Source: an uncultured Sediminibacterium sp.
GTDB lineage: Bacteria; Bacteroidota; Bacteroidia; Chitinophagales; Chitinophagaceae
NCBI GenBank assembly: GCA_964448845.1
Contig: CAYUXJ010000001.1
Coordinates: 19,938-83,937 of the forward strand
Reading direction: 5' to 3'
DNA length: 64,000 bases
This document shows, piece by piece, positions 18,085 to 26,461 of the stretch (its first letter is position 1; each line of letters opens with the position of its first letter). A model generated the notes under the pieces. The model saw only the letters and a list, made by a program, of their open reading frames with translations. It had not been told where the DNA came from and made no database searches. Position numbers and translations under genes: made by a program.

Positions 18085-18570
18085 TTAATGGGGCAGACGT
18101 TCTCTCAAGTAGCCATAGATCCAAGTGCCTGCAATGGCACTTGCAATTACAATGAGAATGGCAAAAAAGCCGGCACCAATGTGAGCAAATAAAGGGCCCG
18201 GACAAGCACCGGTCATTGCCCAGCCAAAACCAAAAAGAAGTCCGCCAAAGATTTGACCTTTGCTAAATTCTTTATTTACGATGGTTATTTTTTCTCCGTG
18301 TATGGTCTTGATATTAAATCGCTTGATCAGGAAAACCGATATCATGCCGACAACAACAGCTGTTCCAATAATTCCGAACATGTGAAAGCTTTGTAGGCGG
18401 AACATTTCCTGAATCCTGAACCAGGAAATAATTTCGGCTTTATAAAATACAATACCAAAAATTATTCCTACAAGGGAATATTTTAAATTATACCATCCTG
18501 GATGTACTTTTTCTGAAGTGTTGATACAGGTACTGTTGTTATCTATTTGTTGAAGCGTAGGTTCTTGCAT
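18085..18570 (-). CDS. YeeE/YedE family (DUF395) sulfur-compound transport membrane protein, second half-unit
   Basis: Polytopic membrane protein with GWAMTGACPG, the conserved Cys loop of the YeeE/YedE family. Start set at ATG 18570 to avoid overlap with the upstream partner. Confidence 0.7.
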   Translation of the reverse strand: MQEPTLQQIDNNSTCINTSEKVHPGWYNLKYSLVGIIFGIVFYKAEIISWFRIQEMFRLQSFHMFGIIGTAVVVGMISVFLIKRFNIKTIHGEKITIVNKEFSKGQIFGGLLFGFGWAMTGACPGPLFAHIGAGFFAILIVIASAIAGTWIYGYLRERLPH

Positions 18571-18580
18571 GATTAATTTT

Positions 18581-19144
18581 TTAAAGTGATAAAATCCAGG
18601 GTAAAATATAGTTGGCCATGAGAAATCCACCTATCATAAAGCAAATGGTGGCAACGAGGGAAGGCCATTGTAAATTGCTCAGTCCCATTATCGAATGTCC
18701 GGAAGTACAACCACCGGCATATCGGGTACCAAAACCAACCAAGAAGCCACCTATCACCATGATTACAAATCCTCTGGCAGTCAATAAAGCAGAAAAGCTA
18801 AAAATTTCCGGGGGTAAAAGTTTTTCCGGTTGATTGATACCATATCCTGCTAATTCCTTCTGTAATTCGGGATGTATCATCATGGGATCAGGTGAAGCCA
18901 GGAAATAACCGGCAATGAAAGCGCCCACTATGATTCCACCGATAAAATAAAAATTCCACACTTCTTTTTTCCAATCATAATTAAAAAACGGAATGTTGGC
19001 TGGAATGCATGCAGCGCATATATGTCTTAAATTAGACGAGATTCCAAATGTTTTATTGCCTAAAATCAGCAGGGCAGGAACGATCAATCCGATAATAATC
19101 CCTGCTACATACCAGGGCCAGGGTTGTTGGGTTATAGTTGTCAT
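18581..19144 (-). CDS. YeeE/YedE family (DUF395) sulfur-compound transport membrane protein, first half-unit
   Basis: GFGTRYAGGCTSGH motif typical of YeeE/YedE. It is paired with the downstream half-unit, as is usual for split versions. Confidence 0.75.
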   Translation of the reverse strand: MTTITQQPWPWYVAGIIIGLIVPALLILGNKTFGISSNLRHICAACIPANIPFFNYDWKKEVWNFYFIGGIIVGAFIAGYFLASPDPMMIHPELQKELAGYGINQPEKLLPPEIFSFSALLTARGFVIMVIGGFLVGFGTRYAGGCTSGHSIMGLSNLQWPSLVATICFMIGGFLMANYILPWILSL

Positions 19145-19156
19145 TATTGATTGTTT

Positions 19157-20131
19157 TTAATGGGAATAAAAGCGTTGAATGGGGGTAAAAGGTCCATATT
19201 TATGTTGTTTCTCCGTGAAGCTATCAGCGTAGGGTCCAAAAGCAAAATCAATGGGTTTTTTTGTCCGGTAGGGCCAGTCTTCTTTTTGGTCTTTATGGGG
19301 TCTTGGCTTACTATTGATATAAGCCGCAACATCCCAACATTCCTCATCTGTTAACACCGGATTTTGTCTGGATGCTGTCAAATAAGGCATATTTGTTTTT
19401 ACATAACCAGCGAAATTGCTCAAACGGTAAAGTCCCGCTCCGTCATTGTAGCTGCTATTTCCCCAGAGAGGAGGGTAAGTATATTCAGATTCATCCAGAC
19501 TTAGCTGTCCCTGCCCATCCGGGCCATGACAACTTTGGCAGTGTTGTACATAAACGATTTTACCTTTCTCCGGGTCCGCAGCTCTAGGGAGGTAATCAAG
19601 TTTTTCGATACCCGTTCCATGTGGTTTTTTGCCTTTTGGAACATCTTTGCCCAGCCATTGTAGATAGGCGTAAATGGCTTTAAACTCTTTGCTATTGCTA
19701 TCAATGGCAGTCCCATTGAGACTTCTCTCCATGCAATCAGCAACCCGTTTATAAATACTTTCTTTTTGTCCGCTTCTATCCCTGTATTTGGGGTAGGTAG
19801 CGTAAACTGCTCCATAATTATTACCCCAGGGTTTATTGCCTCCTTGTAAGTGGCAATTCTGACAATTCATGCCATTAGTAATTTGTGCAACACTACCCTT
19901 TGGACCCAGGTAACGGGAGGTATGAGCAATCAACTCTTCACCATAGATAATCAGGTCTCTTTCTTCACCCTGATAACGATTATCTACGTAGAGACTGGGC
20001 CCCAACCATGTACTGTCGGTTACTGGTGATAATACTGCTTGTTCATCTTGAGTTCGGATGATGTAGGAGGCAATGACCCAGATAATGGATACTGCCAAAA
20101 TAAATATACCTACAACAGTGATCTTTTTCAT
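19157..20131 (-). CDS. Dihaem c-type cytochrome, TsdA-like (thiosulfate dehydrogenase family) candidate
   Basis: N-terminal signal/anchor. Two CxxCH motifs: MNCQNCH at about 19851-19871 and HCQSCHG at about 19524-19543. The inter-haem segment YPKYRDRSGQKESIYKRVADCMERSLNG resembles the TsdA/SoxA-type family pattern as I recall it. Confidence 0.55.
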   Translation of the reverse strand: MKKITVVGIFILAVSIIWVIASYIIRTQDEQAVLSPVTDSTWLGPSLYVDNRYQGEERDLIIYGEELIAHTSRYLGPKGSVAQITNGMNCQNCHLQGGNKPWGNNYGAVYATYPKYRDRSGQKESIYKRVADCMERSLNGTAIDSNSKEFKAIYAYLQWLGKDVPKGKKPHGTGIEKLDYLPRAADPEKGKIVYVQHCQSCHGPDGQGQLSLDESEYTYPPLWGNSSYNDGAGLYRLSNFAGYVKTNMPYLTASRQNPVLTDEECWDVAAYINSKPRPHKDQKEDWPYRTKKPIDFAFGPYADSFTEKQHKYGPFTPIQRFYSH

Positions 20132-20150
20132 GTTTTAAAATGGGGATCAA

Positions 20151-21848
20151 TTATCTGAATTCGTAAGAAGTGCCTTGTAATTGTGTTAATAAGGTTGCGG
20201 GCTGATCTGTCGCTTTAGTTCTGCCTTCTAGTTGGGGTTTAACGGGAGAATGAATGGATAGATACGATTCAAGAATGTCGTGTAGCAAAAGATTAGTGGA
20301 TTGCGGGGAGGAAACGTGTTCGATGCGACAGAGGGTGTCATTGGGATCTCCTTCTCTTTCGCAGGCAATTATTTGATAGCTCTTTGTTGTATCAAGTGGC
20401 TGTCCCTGAATAGTTACAGCATTTACCCTTTTACCCTTCGGTTGTCCGATTGTACAATTGACTTCCATACCGGCAAATCGAACGAACCACCCTCCGAATC
20501 TTTTGGAAGGATCTGTAGCAAAAGCATTTTCTAGTTCTTTTTCTAACCAATCCAATAGTTGAGCACCGGTTACCCATCCTCTTTTGGCTACTGAATCGAC
20601 GGGTAGCATATTCCATAAAAATTCACGTGTAATGGGAACGGTTTTTTTGGAATCAGGAACAGCCAGGGGTTGACAGAATCTAAAGCCATTGCTGAGTGCG
20701 ATATCTGGTTTAAACTTCCACATAATTGCATCCGTGATGAGGTTATCCATCGGGGTTTCCAGCACAAAGTATCTTACCAGTGGTGCTGCTGTATAGCCGA
20801 TGATCTTATTGAGTTTTTGTTGATAGGGTGCTGCAGCTTTTTCAATCAATTCTGTCATTGTTGGATCGGGTGGATAGGTGACAGGATCAACATCCAGTAA
20901 CTGATAATGCATCGATGCCATTTTACCATCTTTCACTTCCACGTCAAGTTTACCCAAAAAGGATCCAAAGGCACCGCATTCTATCACCTTACAATAGTTA
21001 CCGATAATCGGCTCGCGGACTCTTTCATGGGTATCTGCGCCGATGATGCAATCGGCCCCCTGTACCGAAGGATCATTTGCCAGTCCGACTTGTTGAGCCA
21101 AGCCCATGTGGGTAACAATAAAAATGATACCACATCCTTCCGTCTCTTTTAGGTATTGAATGTACTTCGCTACATTTTCATTGGCATGTGTGAATCGGAT
21201 GCCTTCACTGTAAGCAGGAGATTGTCTTTTCGGAATGAGGTGATCTGTATAACCGATGAAACCAACTTTGGCTCCGGCGATGTATTTGATCCAGTAGGGG
21301 GGATAGATCAGCGTTCCATTTTCGGCATCTCCGGTTTTATGCCACATGTTGGCGCATATTTTAGCTGCTGTAGCATGCCCCATGTCATAGAGCATTTTCT
21401 TCTTTTTATATACCACTTCCCAGTTACCGGGTAAGATCAGATCATATTGAAATGCATTGATGAGTGGAATCAATGCTTCTCCTTCTGATAGGGAGGCAAC
21501 GCCATGTCCATGAAAAAAATCTCCCCCGTCATAAAGTATATTATTGGGTGAACTTTTTCTGAGCCGGTCAATCATGGTTTTCAGAACTGCAAATCCGCCT
21601 CTTTTCTTATAAACGGCTTTTCCATTTTCCCAGAAAAACTCATCATGGGTATGTATTTGAGCATGGATATCGGATGTTATTAATAATGAAAACCTATTGC
21701 TTTCACTTGATTTTTCAGTTGATGTACTTGAATCTTTTGGGGCCATCCAATGTTGATCAGTTTGATCTGTGACAACAGCTGGTAAAGCCCATCCCAACAA
21801 TGCCGCATTTTTCAGAAAATTTCTCCTGTTTGGACTTTTCTTTTTCAT
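20151..21848 (-). CDS. Tat-exported metallophosphatase/5'-nucleotidase family protein, SoxB-like candidate
   Basis: Twin-arginine signal RRNFLKNAALLG. Calcineurin-like motifs DIHAQ, GGDFFHG, GNWE, THMG. C-terminal 5'-nucleotidase-like domain. At 565 aa its size and export route match SoxB, and it sits next to the cytochrome. Confidence 0.5.
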   Translation of the reverse strand: MKKKSPNRRNFLKNAALLGWALPAVVTDQTDQHWMAPKDSSTSTEKSSESNRFSLLITSDIHAQIHTHDEFFWENGKAVYKKRGGFAVLKTMIDRLRKSSPNNILYDGGDFFHGHGVASLSEGEALIPLINAFQYDLILPGNWEVVYKKKKMLYDMGHATAAKICANMWHKTGDAENGTLIYPPYWIKYIAGAKVGFIGYTDHLIPKRQSPAYSEGIRFTHANENVAKYIQYLKETEGCGIIFIVTHMGLAQQVGLANDPSVQGADCIIGADTHERVREPIIGNYCKVIECGAFGSFLGKLDVEVKDGKMASMHYQLLDVDPVTYPPDPTMTELIEKAAAPYQQKLNKIIGYTAAPLVRYFVLETPMDNLITDAIMWKFKPDIALSNGFRFCQPLAVPDSKKTVPITREFLWNMLPVDSVAKRGWVTGAQLLDWLEKELENAFATDPSKRFGGWFVRFAGMEVNCTIGQPKGKRVNAVTIQGQPLDTTKSYQIIACEREGDPNDTLCRIEHVSSPQSTNLLLHDILESYLSIHSPVKPQLEGRTKATDQPATLLTQLQGTSYEFR

Positions 21849-21894
21849 ATGTAAGCTTGAGGCTTGTAAAATGCAATTATTTTGGAAATGGTTT

Positions 21895-21910
21895 GGTGAC
21901 TTATATCACC
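21895..21910. promoter_or_regulatory. Perfect palindrome GGTGA-N6-TCACC (candidate Crp/Fnr-type operator), site A
   Basis: GGTGACTTATATCACC lies in the 80-bp gap upstream of the SoxB-like gene. Its centre is about 54 nt from ATG 21848. Confidence 0.45.
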
Positions 21911-21928
21911 AAGAGGGTAGGAGTAGTA

Positions 21929-23353
21929 TCAAAAGTGAAAATTCAAAATAAGATTCAAATGACTCATGTTAACTTTATTGATAGTATATTTTGGGTCATG
22001 TTTAGTATTTCCTGACGCGTACTTATAAAAATAAATCAATTGAGCTTGCCAACCCCTCATGATACCTGAAAAAGTGTATCGAAAATCGGAATTAAATTGA
22101 AAGTAGGAGGGGAATCCATATTTATTAAGTGCAGGCTGACTAACGTCCGGCAAGTCAAAATACCCTGCACTATTCTGCCAGCTAAACCGATTTTTTGCAT
22201 CCGATAACTTAGATTTTAAACTAATGGCATGAACATCCCCCAGGCCTTCATTTCTTTCCCCCATCATAAATGTAAAAAATGGATCTCTTCCCCATTCCCG
22301 GGGCATCAAGTACCTGCCATGACCGGTAATTCTGGTATAATTGATCGAGTTATCCCAGGGTCCGGTAATTTTTCCTATTCTTCCCCCAAAGGCAAGGGAA
22401 AACTGATCAGTCGGAAAGTATCTTTTGTTGATATCAATATGCCCTCCCTGGTTGACGGGTAGTTGTGTGATTAATTGAATTCCATAATAAAAAGGTGAGG
22501 AACTATCCTGAAGTTGATCGAATTGAAATAGGGTACTATTAAAAATGTTATACGTAAGTTGATTCCAGATTTGCCATTGCCGGTTTTTTTTGTTCTTTAT
22601 TTCTGCGGAGATGAGCAAGATACCAGAAGACTTGAGTTGGTTTTTATAACCGGATGGCGTTCCATCGGGATTCACACCGAGAGAGTATAACCCAATTGAT
22701 GCTCCTGTAGAATACCAATTGAAAGTAGATCGGGGAGAAAATCCATTGATCCAGCTTCCCAAGAGTTTCCATTTTCCAAAAGTATACTCCGCAGAAACTC
22801 CCTGAACAATGGTTGGGCGCATACGGCCATCCTGAAGATTGATGAAGGGAGTATTCATCAGTTGTTTACCGATGGTCAGATTGAATTGTTTTTTTTGATA
22901 ACAGACAAATAATTCTTCCAGGCGGTTCATTTGGGAGGAGCCGGCGGGATTGGTAATGTCGAATAGTCCCAACTCATATCTGTTGTATGTATTGGTAATC
23001 GGGTTGGGACGAGTGAGATCACTTGAGAATACCTTATGAACAAAGTACCCACTCATCCCTACATTCAAATGATGAAAGGTTTTCGATCTAAACTGAATGC
23101 CTCCCCCTACAGCTTGTGCATATTCCGGAGTAATCCCTTCATTAAAATTGCTGCTGAAAAATGACCTGAAATTTCCATGAAGCGACCCTGCTTGAAACGA
23201 ATGCAATAGCGATGAACTATCTCCTGTTTTGAAGGACTTTCCCCACAAATTGGGCGCCTCATTCAATTCCTGGTGTTGTGCACATGCAACAGATAACAGG
23301 AATAGCCATCCTGTGACAAAGACGATGATTCTGTAGAGGATAGGTTTCACCAT
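21929..23353 (-). CDS. Outer-membrane beta-barrel porin-like protein
   Basis: Signal peptide ending ...SVACAQ, alternating beta-strand pattern, aromatic-rich sequence, and a C-terminal ...LILNFHF terminal Phe signature. Family not identified. Confidence 0.5.
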   Translation of the reverse strand: MVKPILYRIIVFVTGWLFLLSVACAQHQELNEAPNLWGKSFKTGDSSSLLHSFQAGSLHGNFRSFFSSNFNEGITPEYAQAVGGGIQFRSKTFHHLNVGMSGYFVHKVFSSDLTRPNPITNTYNRYELGLFDITNPAGSSQMNRLEELFVCYQKKQFNLTIGKQLMNTPFINLQDGRMRPTIVQGVSAEYTFGKWKLLGSWINGFSPRSTFNWYSTGASIGLYSLGVNPDGTPSGYKNQLKSSGILLISAEIKNKKNRQWQIWNQLTYNIFNSTLFQFDQLQDSSSPFYYGIQLITQLPVNQGGHIDINKRYFPTDQFSLAFGGRIGKITGPWDNSINYTRITGHGRYLMPREWGRDPFFTFMMGERNEGLGDVHAISLKSKLSDAKNRFSWQNSAGYFDLPDVSQPALNKYGFPSYFQFNSDFRYTFSGIMRGWQAQLIYFYKYASGNTKHDPKYTINKVNMSHLNLILNFHF

Positions 23354-23357
23354 ATCC

Positions 23358-24170
23358 TTAGTGTGTCCTCGTTAGAGGAAAGAATAGTTGTTGAACTATG
23401 ATATATATTCCCATAATTAGAACAAACCAGCCGAATGCTTTTTTGAGGCGTGCTCCATCGATTTTTTTACTCAATCGATCGCCTATGAAAATCCCAATGA
23501 TTGCCAAAAAAGTTATGGTTAATAATAGTTGCCAGTCCATCGTTTGATTGGCGAGATCTCCTGTGAAGCCAATCAAAGATTTTGCCGCAATGATTACCAA
23601 TGAAGTACCGACCGCTTCTTTCATTGGCAGTTTACTCAGCAACACCAATGCAGGTATGATGAGGAATCCCCCTCCTGCACCGACCAATCCAGTCAAAATA
23701 CCAACCAAAATGCCTTCCAAGAAAATCATAGGATAGTTGAAAATTTGTTTCTTTACTTCAACATTAATTTTAGTTATTTTCTCTTTTATCATTGTAAATG
23801 AAGCAATTATCATTAAAATAGAAAAAAGTACCATAAGTGAAATTGATTTCGATAATTCCCAGTTTCCCCAATGTAGTATTGTATCGGGTATGGCGGGAAC
23901 CAACCATTTTCTAGTTGCAAAAACTGCTACTATACTAGGAATGCCAAAAATAATGGCGGTTTTTAGATTCACATTACCCTGTTGGTATTTGGGCCAGGCA
24001 CCTACTAAACTACTGCTTCCCACTATGAATAGGGAATAAGCAGTAGCGGTGATGGGATCAATTTTAAAAAGATAAACCAGAACAGGTACCGTCAAGATAC
24101 TTCCACCCCCACCGATGAGACCCAATGAAATACCAATCATAACAGATGCCAAGTAACCAATAATTTCCAT
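23358..24170 (-). CDS. TauE/SafE family sulfite/organosulfonate exporter
   Basis: 270 aa, about 8 TM helices, with two internal repeats carrying GGGGSILTVP and GAGGGFLIIP motifs typical of TauE/SafE (DUF81). Confidence 0.8.
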   Translation of the reverse strand: MEIIGYLASVMIGISLGLIGGGGSILTVPVLVYLFKIDPITATAYSLFIVGSSSLVGAWPKYQQGNVNLKTAIIFGIPSIVAVFATRKWLVPAIPDTILHWGNWELSKSISLMVLFSILMIIASFTMIKEKITKINVEVKKQIFNYPMIFLEGILVGILTGLVGAGGGFLIIPALVLLSKLPMKEAVGTSLVIIAAKSLIGFTGDLANQTMDWQLLLTITFLAIIGIFIGDRLSKKIDGARLKKAFGWFVLIMGIYIIVQQLFFPLTRTH

Positions 24171-24215
24171 TACAAGTAATTTAAGGCAAAACTGATCATT
24201 TCAACTTTAAATCTT

Positions 24216-24231
24216 AGTGATATTTGTCACG
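24216..24231. promoter_or_regulatory. GTGA-N6-TCAC palindrome, site B
   Basis: AGTGATATTTGTCACG; its centre is about 54 nt upstream of the tauE ATG at 24170. Confidence 0.4.
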
Positions 24232-24318
24232 AAGGAAATACTAATCAGCTGGTTGTTTCTTTTGAAATTGCTTCAAGTTTAAGTCTTTCTGATATCATTT
24301 GTTGACAATATAACTGAA

Positions 24319-24334
24319 TGTGATAATTGTCACT
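24319..24334. promoter_or_regulatory. TGTGA-N6-TCAC palindrome, site C
   Basis: TGTGATAATTGTCACT; its centre is about 75 nt upstream of ATG 24401. It matches the classical CRP half-sites TGTGA/TCACA in 9 of 10 positions. Confidence 0.4.
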
Positions 24335-24400
24335 TTTTTTGAAATTTCCTCGTTGCATCTTTACATTGTTATTTTAATATATCACTCAAAAAATTCTTCT

Positions 24401-25792
24401 ATGTTTTTCCAGCACGTTTATGACAAATCATTGGCTCAGGCCAGCTATTTTATTGGTTGTCAAAAAGCCGGAGTAGCGGCTGTTATTGATCCCAAAAGAG
24501 ATATTGACACTTATCTTGAAATTGCTGAGCAGAACAAAATGAAGATTACGCATATTTTTGAAACACACATTCATGCAGATTTTCTGACAGGTTCCCGTGA
24601 ATTAGCAGCAATGACCGGTGCTGAAATGTATTTGTCTGATGAAGGGGGCGCAGGATGGGAATATGAATTCCCTCACCATGGATTAACGCATGGATCAGTG
24701 GTAATGGTTGGTAACCTTCAATTTAAGGTATTGCATACTCCGGGTCATACGCCTGAGAGCATAAGTTTTCTGCTGACAGACTTACCGGCGAGTTCTGAAC
24801 CGGTTATGTTATTTACTGGAGATTTTGTTTTTGTAGGAGATGTTGGTCGTCCGGATTTACTGGAAAAAGCGGCCGGATTAAAAGGCACCCAGGATGTAGG
24901 TGCAGAACAGATGTTTCAATCCATCAACCTTTTTTCCAATTTACCGGACTATGTTCAGGTTTGGCCTGGTCACGGTGCAGGATCTGCTTGCGGAAAGGCA
25001 TTGGGAGCTGTGCCCAGTACAACAATCGGTTATGAAAAAAAACGAAATTGGGCTTTTCAATACGGTTCTAATAAGGAAGGTTTTGTAAAGTTTTTATTAG
25101 CCGACCAGCCGGAACCGCCCAAATATTTTGCTAAAATGAAGGAATTAAATAAAGTAAATCGTCCCTTACTTACCGAAGTTCCCGAGTTAAAGCATTTAAC
25201 ACCTGATGAATTACAAAAAGCTATGGATCAGGGTATTAAAGTCATTGACACCAGAAATAAAATTGAATTTCAAGCCGGTTTCATTCCCGGAACCATCAAT
25301 ATTCAGGGAAATAATTCTTTTGCTACCTGGATGGGTTGGTTCATTAGTTACGATGAGCCCTTTATTCTTATCGCTGCTAAAAGCCAATTAAATGACCTTA
25401 CCAGAAAACTCATGAGAATCGGTATGGATAATTTCTATGGTTACCTGGATGCCGCTCAGCTGGATTTAGCTTTCTCTGGACAACTTGTAACTGCTCAAAT
25501 GGCTGACTTGCAAGAAGTTATTCATAACGAGACAGTTGATATGATTGATTTAAGGGGTGCTGCTGAGTATAACACTGGTCACATCTCAGGAGCCAAGCAT
25601 GTTTTTGTTGGAACACTCCTTCAAAACCTGGATGAAATTCCAAAAAATCGTCCCGTAATTATCCATTGTCAGGGTGGAGATCGGTCGGCAATTGCTTATT
25701 CATTGCTCGTAAAAAATGGATACAGCAATGTGCGTAATTTCAGTGGAGGTATAAATGAGTGGGTAAAAGAGCAGCAGCCCCTGGTTAGCTGA
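24401..25792 (+). CDS. MBL-fold persulfide dioxygenase fused to two rhodanese domains (CstB-like)
   Basis: MBL motif ETHIHADF plus HTPGHTPES. The C-terminal rhodanese has the active-site loop IIHCQGGDRS (about 25661-25687), and a middle rhodanese-like domain lacks the Cys. Start set at MFFQHVYDKSLAQASYFIG. Confidence 0.8.
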   Translation: MFFQHVYDKSLAQASYFIGCQKAGVAAVIDPKRDIDTYLEIAEQNKMKITHIFETHIHADFLTGSRELAAMTGAEMYLSDEGGAGWEYEFPHHGLTHGSVVMVGNLQFKVLHTPGHTPESISFLLTDLPASSEPVMLFTGDFVFVGDVGRPDLLEKAAGLKGTQDVGAEQMFQSINLFSNLPDYVQVWPGHGAGSACGKALGAVPSTTIGYEKKRNWAFQYGSNKEGFVKFLLADQPEPPKYFAKMKELNKVNRPLLTEVPELKHLTPDELQKAMDQGIKVIDTRNKIEFQAGFIPGTINIQGNNSFATWMGWFISYDEPFILIAAKSQLNDLTRKLMRIGMDNFYGYLDAAQLDLAFSGQLVTAQMADLQEVIHNETVDMIDLRGAAEYNTGHISGAKHVFVGTLLQNLDEIPKNRPVIIHCQGGDRSAIAYSLLVKNGYSNVRNFSGGINEWVKEQQPLVS

Positions 25793-25887
25793 TATTTTGT
25801 TTTCAATTTCCCATTGTTCAATATTTATAAGTTGCAAAAAAAAAGGCGAATTAGGAAAGCGGTTGAAATATCCCGCTTTTTTAATTT

Positions 25888-25895
25888 TATATTTG
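25888..25895 (+). promoter_or_regulatory. -7 box TAtaTTTG upstream of the DUF2147 gene
   Basis: Exact TAnnTTTG, 18 nt upstream of ATG 25913. Confidence 0.4.
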
Positions 25896-25912
25896 CTTAA
25901 AATGTATGCCTT

Positions 25913-26404
25913 ATGAAATATTTTCTTCCCACTTTCATTTTTCGATTCCGTAGACCTTTTTTCTTTTTGATTTCGGTCATTTCTTTAATCAGCGTTTTTT
26001 CATTTATCAATCATCCCGGTAACCCTGATGCCGTTGTAGGCGTTTGGAAAACAGGTGAAGGTACCGCCATGGTGCGCATTTATAAGAATGGTGATAAGTA
26101 CCAAGGTAAAATCGTTTGGCTAAAAGAACCCAATGACCCTGAAACCGGTAAAGCCAAAGTAGATAAAAACCATCCCGATGAATCTGTACGCAACCGTCCT
26201 ATTCTTGGTCTTATCAATGTTTGGGGATTCGTACACAAAGGGGAGAATGTATGGGAAGAAGGAAATATCTATGACCCTAAAAACGGAAATACCTACTCTT
26301 GTACCATAAAAATGGATAATCCCAATACCATTGAGGTGAGAGGGTATATTGGCGTATCTCTGATCGGAAGAACCGATGTATGGACGCGACAAGTATCTAA
26401 ATAA
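25913..26404 (+). CDS. DUF2147 domain-containing exported protein
   Basis: The pattern GVWKTGEG...VRIYKNGDKYQGKIVWLKEPNDP...GNIYDPKNGNTYSC matches DUF2147 as I recall it. Confidence 0.7.
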   Translation: MKYFLPTFIFRFRRPFFFLISVISLISVFSFINHPGNPDAVVGVWKTGEGTAMVRIYKNGDKYQGKIVWLKEPNDPETGKAKVDKNHPDESVRNRPILGLINVWGFVHKGENVWEEGNIYDPKNGNTYSCTIKMDNPNTIEVRGYIGVSLIGRTDVWTRQVSK

Positions 26405-26414
26405 CGAAACATAG

Positions 26415-26442
26415 AAAGCCCTGTTTTCACAGGGCTTTTTTA
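26415..26442. terminator. Bidirectional intrinsic terminator between convergent genes
   Basis: AGCCCTG (26417-26423) pairs with CAGGGCT (30-36 of the same line), flanked by AAA upstream and TTTTTT downstream. Confidence 0.6.
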
Positions 26443-26461
26443 ATACAGTTGACTGCCGATT

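Noticed and set aside
19144-19354. Two 67-aa ORFs on either strand at the cytochrome/YeeE junction
   Set aside because: They overlap the 3' part of the dihaem cytochrome gene and have no independent signals, so they are most likely spurious.
7100-26400. Calling the AT-rich block an intact genomic island, ICE or prophage
   Set aside because: No integrase, transposase, excisionase, conjugation or phage genes are visible, and I could find no direct repeats matching the ssrA 3' end at the block edges. Only a compositional or relic interpretation is justified.
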